Origin: Malacoraja senta
Lineage: Eukaryota
Length of the DNA: 64,000 nucleotides
Reading direction: 5' to 3'
NCBI GenBank assembly: GCA_038087875.1
Contig: CM075994.1
Coordinates: 1,116,001 to 1,180,000 of the forward strand
Shown here piece by piece: positions 61,278 to 64,000 of this stretch. Positions within the stretch are counted from its first letter, which is position 1; each line of letters begins with the position of its first letter. The notes under the pieces were generated by a model, which was not told the origin of the DNA, made no database searches, and was given only the letters and a program-made list of their open reading frames with translations. A program made the position numbers and the translations under genes.

Positions 61278-62570
61278 GTACAACGTGATCTGGTGGTCCT
61301 TGTTCATCAGTCACTGAAAGTAAGCATGCAGGTACAGCAGGCAGTGAAGAAAGCGAATGGCATGTTGGCCTCCATGACAAGAGGAGTTGAGTAAAGGAGC
61401 AAAGATGTCCTTCTGCAGTTGTTCAGAGCACAGGTGAGACACCTGGAGTATTGTTTGCAGTTTTGGTCTCCAAATTTGAGGAAGGACATTCTGGGAATTG
61501 AGGGAGTGCAGCGTAGGTTCACCAGGTTAATTCCAGGGATGGCGGGACTGCCATATACTGAGAGAATAGAGCGGTTGGGCTTGTATACTCCGGAATTTAG
61601 AAGCATGAGAGGAGATCTTATTGAAACATATAAAAGTATTAAGGGTGTGGACACGCTAGAGGCAGGAAACATGTTCCAGATGTTGGAGTCCAGAACCAGG
61701 GGCCACAGTTCAAAAATAAGTATAGAAGTTGGGAGGTCATGTTGCAGTTGTATCAGACGTTGGTGAGACCGCATTTAGAATATTGTGTTCAGTTCTGGGC
61801 ACCATGTTATAGGAAAGATATTGTCAAGCTTGAAATGGTTCGGAAAAGATTTACGAGGATGTTGCCAGGACTAGAGGGTGTGAGCTATAGGGAGAGGTTG
61901 AGTAGACTGTGTCTCGATTCCATGGAGCGCAGGAGGATGAGGGGAGATCTTATAGAGGTGTACAAAATCATGAGAAGAATAGATCGGGTAGATGAACAGA
62001 GTCTTTTACCCAGAGTAGGGGAGGTAGTTGAGGCTGTGACTATCCCAACCTTTAAGAAACAGTTAGACAGGTATAAGGATAAGACAGGTTTGGAGGGTTA
62101 TGGACCAAGCGCGGGCAGGTGGGACTAGTGTAACTGGGACACGTTGGCCGGTGTGGGAAAGTTGGGCTGAAGGGCCTGTTTTCACACTGTATCACTCTCT
62201 ATGGAAACATATAGAACAGTGAATGGCCTGAATAGAGTGGATGTGGATAGGATGTTTCCACTCGTTGGAGAGTCTAGGACTAGAGGTCACAGCCTCAGAA
62301 TTAAAGGACGTTCTTTTAGGAATGAGATGAGGAGGAATTTATTTAGTCAGAGGGTGGTGAATCTGTGGAATTCATTGCCATAGAAGGCTGTGGAGGCCAC
62401 AAGTCAGTGGATATATTTAAGGCAGAGATAGATAGATTATTGATTAGTACGGGTGTCAGGGGTTATGGGGAGAAGGCAGGAGAATGGGGTTGGGAGGGAG
62501 AGATAGATCAGCCATGATTGAATGGGGGAGTGGACTTGATTGGCCGAATGGCCTAATTTTGCTGCTAGAA
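61275..62570 (+). mobile_element. Three adjacent CR1 3' fragments
   Basis: QVQQAVKKANGMLA, LVRPHLEYCVQFW and ESRTRGHSLRIKG peptides, with CR1 tails. Confidence 0.85.
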
Positions 62571-62671
62571 TTTTTGAGCGGGGCGGGTTGGTGAATGCAT
62601 GGAGGTGGCTCCGTGGTGAGGGCGGGAGGGGGGGTCAGGTTGGAGGGTCGGGGTCCGGGTCCGGGAGGCAC

Positions 62672-62809
62672 CTGGACGATGAGGAAGCCGGACTGCAGGA
62701 TGATCTCCTCGATCTCCAGGTACTTGTGAGCGGCGTCGGGTTTGATGATGGCCAGGGTGCACTCCACCAGCACCCGGATCCTCTCCGTCTCCGCTGCCTC
62801 GGCAGCCAT
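62672..62809 (-). CDS. NME5: First coding exon of nucleoside diphosphate kinase homolog 5 (46 codons); gene partial or exon orphaned
   Basis: MAAEAAETERIRVLVECTLAIIKPDAAHKYLEIEEIILQSGFLIVQ matches the NME5 N-terminus as I recall it (VEKTLAIIKPD..EIQDIILRSGFTIVQ). Good Kozak GCGATGG, phase-0 donor CAG|GTGCCT, CpG-rich context. Confidence 0.8.
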
Positions 62810-62871
62810 CGCACCCTGCCCGCCATCTGCCGTCCACGGAAACAGGACAATCCGGGGTGGGCTCGCACTGG

Positions 62872-63102
62872 TCCCCGCGGCCCGAGTGACCCTCACCCTT
62901 ACCCCGGGGCCCGAGTGACCCTCACCTCCCCGGCGCCCGAGTGACCCTCACCCTTACCACGGGGCCCGAGTGACCCTCATCTCCCCAGTGCCCGAGTGAC
63001 CCTCACCCTTACCCCGGGGCCCGAGTGACCCTCACCCTTACCCCGGGGCCCAAGTGACCCTCACCTCCCCGAGTGACCCTCACCTTTACCTCGGGGCCCG
63101 AG
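62872..63102 (+). repeat. About 28-30-bp GC-rich minisatellite (GGGGCCCGAGTGACCCTCACCCTTACCCC), about 8 units, just upstream of the NME5 exon
   Basis: Seen directly. Confidence 0.9.
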
Positions 63103-64000
63103 TCAAGTCAAGTCACATTTATTTATATAGCACATTTAAAAAACAACTCTCGTTGGCCAAAGTGCTTTACATTTGTTATAAGAAACATATAAACAAACAA
63201 ACTACATGCATATATACATATAGCCCTCCCTCAGAGGACATCAAGAAAGGCTTGGGAGTATAGATAAGTTTTTAGTCTTGAATTAAAGGAGTCGATGGAG
63301 GGGGCAGTTCTGATGGGAAGGGGGATGCTGTTCCACAGTCTAGGAGCTGCAACCGCAAAGGCGCGGTCGCCCCTCAGCTTATGCCTAGACCGCGGGATAT
63401 TCAGCAACCCCAAGTCGGTCGATCTGAGGGACCTGGAGGTGGAGTGGTGGGTGAGAAGACTTTTAATGTAGGTGGGGGCAAGCCCATTGAGGGCTTTGTA
63501 GACATAGAGGAGGATCTTGAAATGTATACGGAACCGCACAGGGAGCCAGTGGAGAGAGGCCAGGATCGGGGTGATCGGGTGCCCGTCAGGAGTCTAGCGG
63601 CGTTTTGGACCAGTTGCAGGCGGAACAGGGAAGATTGGCTGATGTCAGTGTAAAGGGAGTTGCAGTAATCTAGGCGGGAGGAGATAAATGTGTGGATGAT
63701 CTTTTCGAGGTCATCAAAGTGGAGGAATTGTTTTATTTTAGCTATCGTCCGAAGCTGAAAGATGCTAGCTTTCACCACGGCATTGACTTGTTTCAGTGCT
63801 GAGTCAAATATCACGCCAAGGTTTTTGACGTGAGGTTTGAGTAGTGGGGTAAGGCTTCCAAGGCTGCCTGCTATCATTTTGATTGAGTCCGAGGGGCCGA
63901 GAAGGATGACCTCAGACTTACTCTCGTTTAGTTGAAGGAAGTTCTGGGCCATTCAACACTTTATATCCTCGAGGCAGCGGGTAAGGTTAAGCAGATTTGA
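63103..64000 (-). mobile_element. L2-clade LINE 3' part, running off the window
   Basis: MAQNFLQLNESKSEVIL, VKNLGVIFDS, FISSRLDYCNSLY, LQLVQNAARLL, GDRAFAVAAPRLWNS; AATAAA and (GACTT)n tail. Confidence 0.9.

Noticed and set aside
62456-62896. 146-aa ORF as a complete protein
   Set aside because: Only the central 46 codons match NME5. The flanks are minisatellite or UTR sequence and intron/CR1 read-through.

Overview
Repeat-rich vertebrate genomic DNA, almost certainly from a cartilaginous fish and probably a skate or ray. That assignment is inferred from the HE1/V-SINE, CR1, Penelope-derived and GPR139-like content. Host coding content is sparse: (1) a 5'-truncated, uninterrupted ORF for a septin/AIG1-like GTPase with a Cys-rich C-terminal module (1-1563, +); (2) an intact two-exon GPR139-like orphan class A GPCR (exon 1 39369-39438, exon 2 31436-32322, -) with a compact TATA/CCAAT promoter; (3) an isolated first coding exon of NME5 (62672-62809, -) whose other exons I could not find in the window; (4) a decayed C2H2 zinc-finger relic. 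The rest is layered transposons: a CsRn1-type Gypsy element with near-identical LTRs and a -1 frameshift signal, a full-length Buster-type hAT, a Tx1 LINE, a complete DIRS1 element with ITRs and ICR, many CR1, Rex, L2, RTE and Penelope fragments, a Harbinger MITE, a Helitron-like end, SINEs and several minisatellites. A duplicated block (about 2348-12986 vs 56116-61170) gives a natural empty-site control for the Gypsy insertion. The most unusual signal is a family of short Penelope-derived repeats that carry minimal hammerhead ribozyme cores, some as fold-back insertions with target-site duplication. There is a 153-N assembly gap at 15523-15675. All coordinates, alignments and identities were read by eye and are approximate unless termini are quoted.
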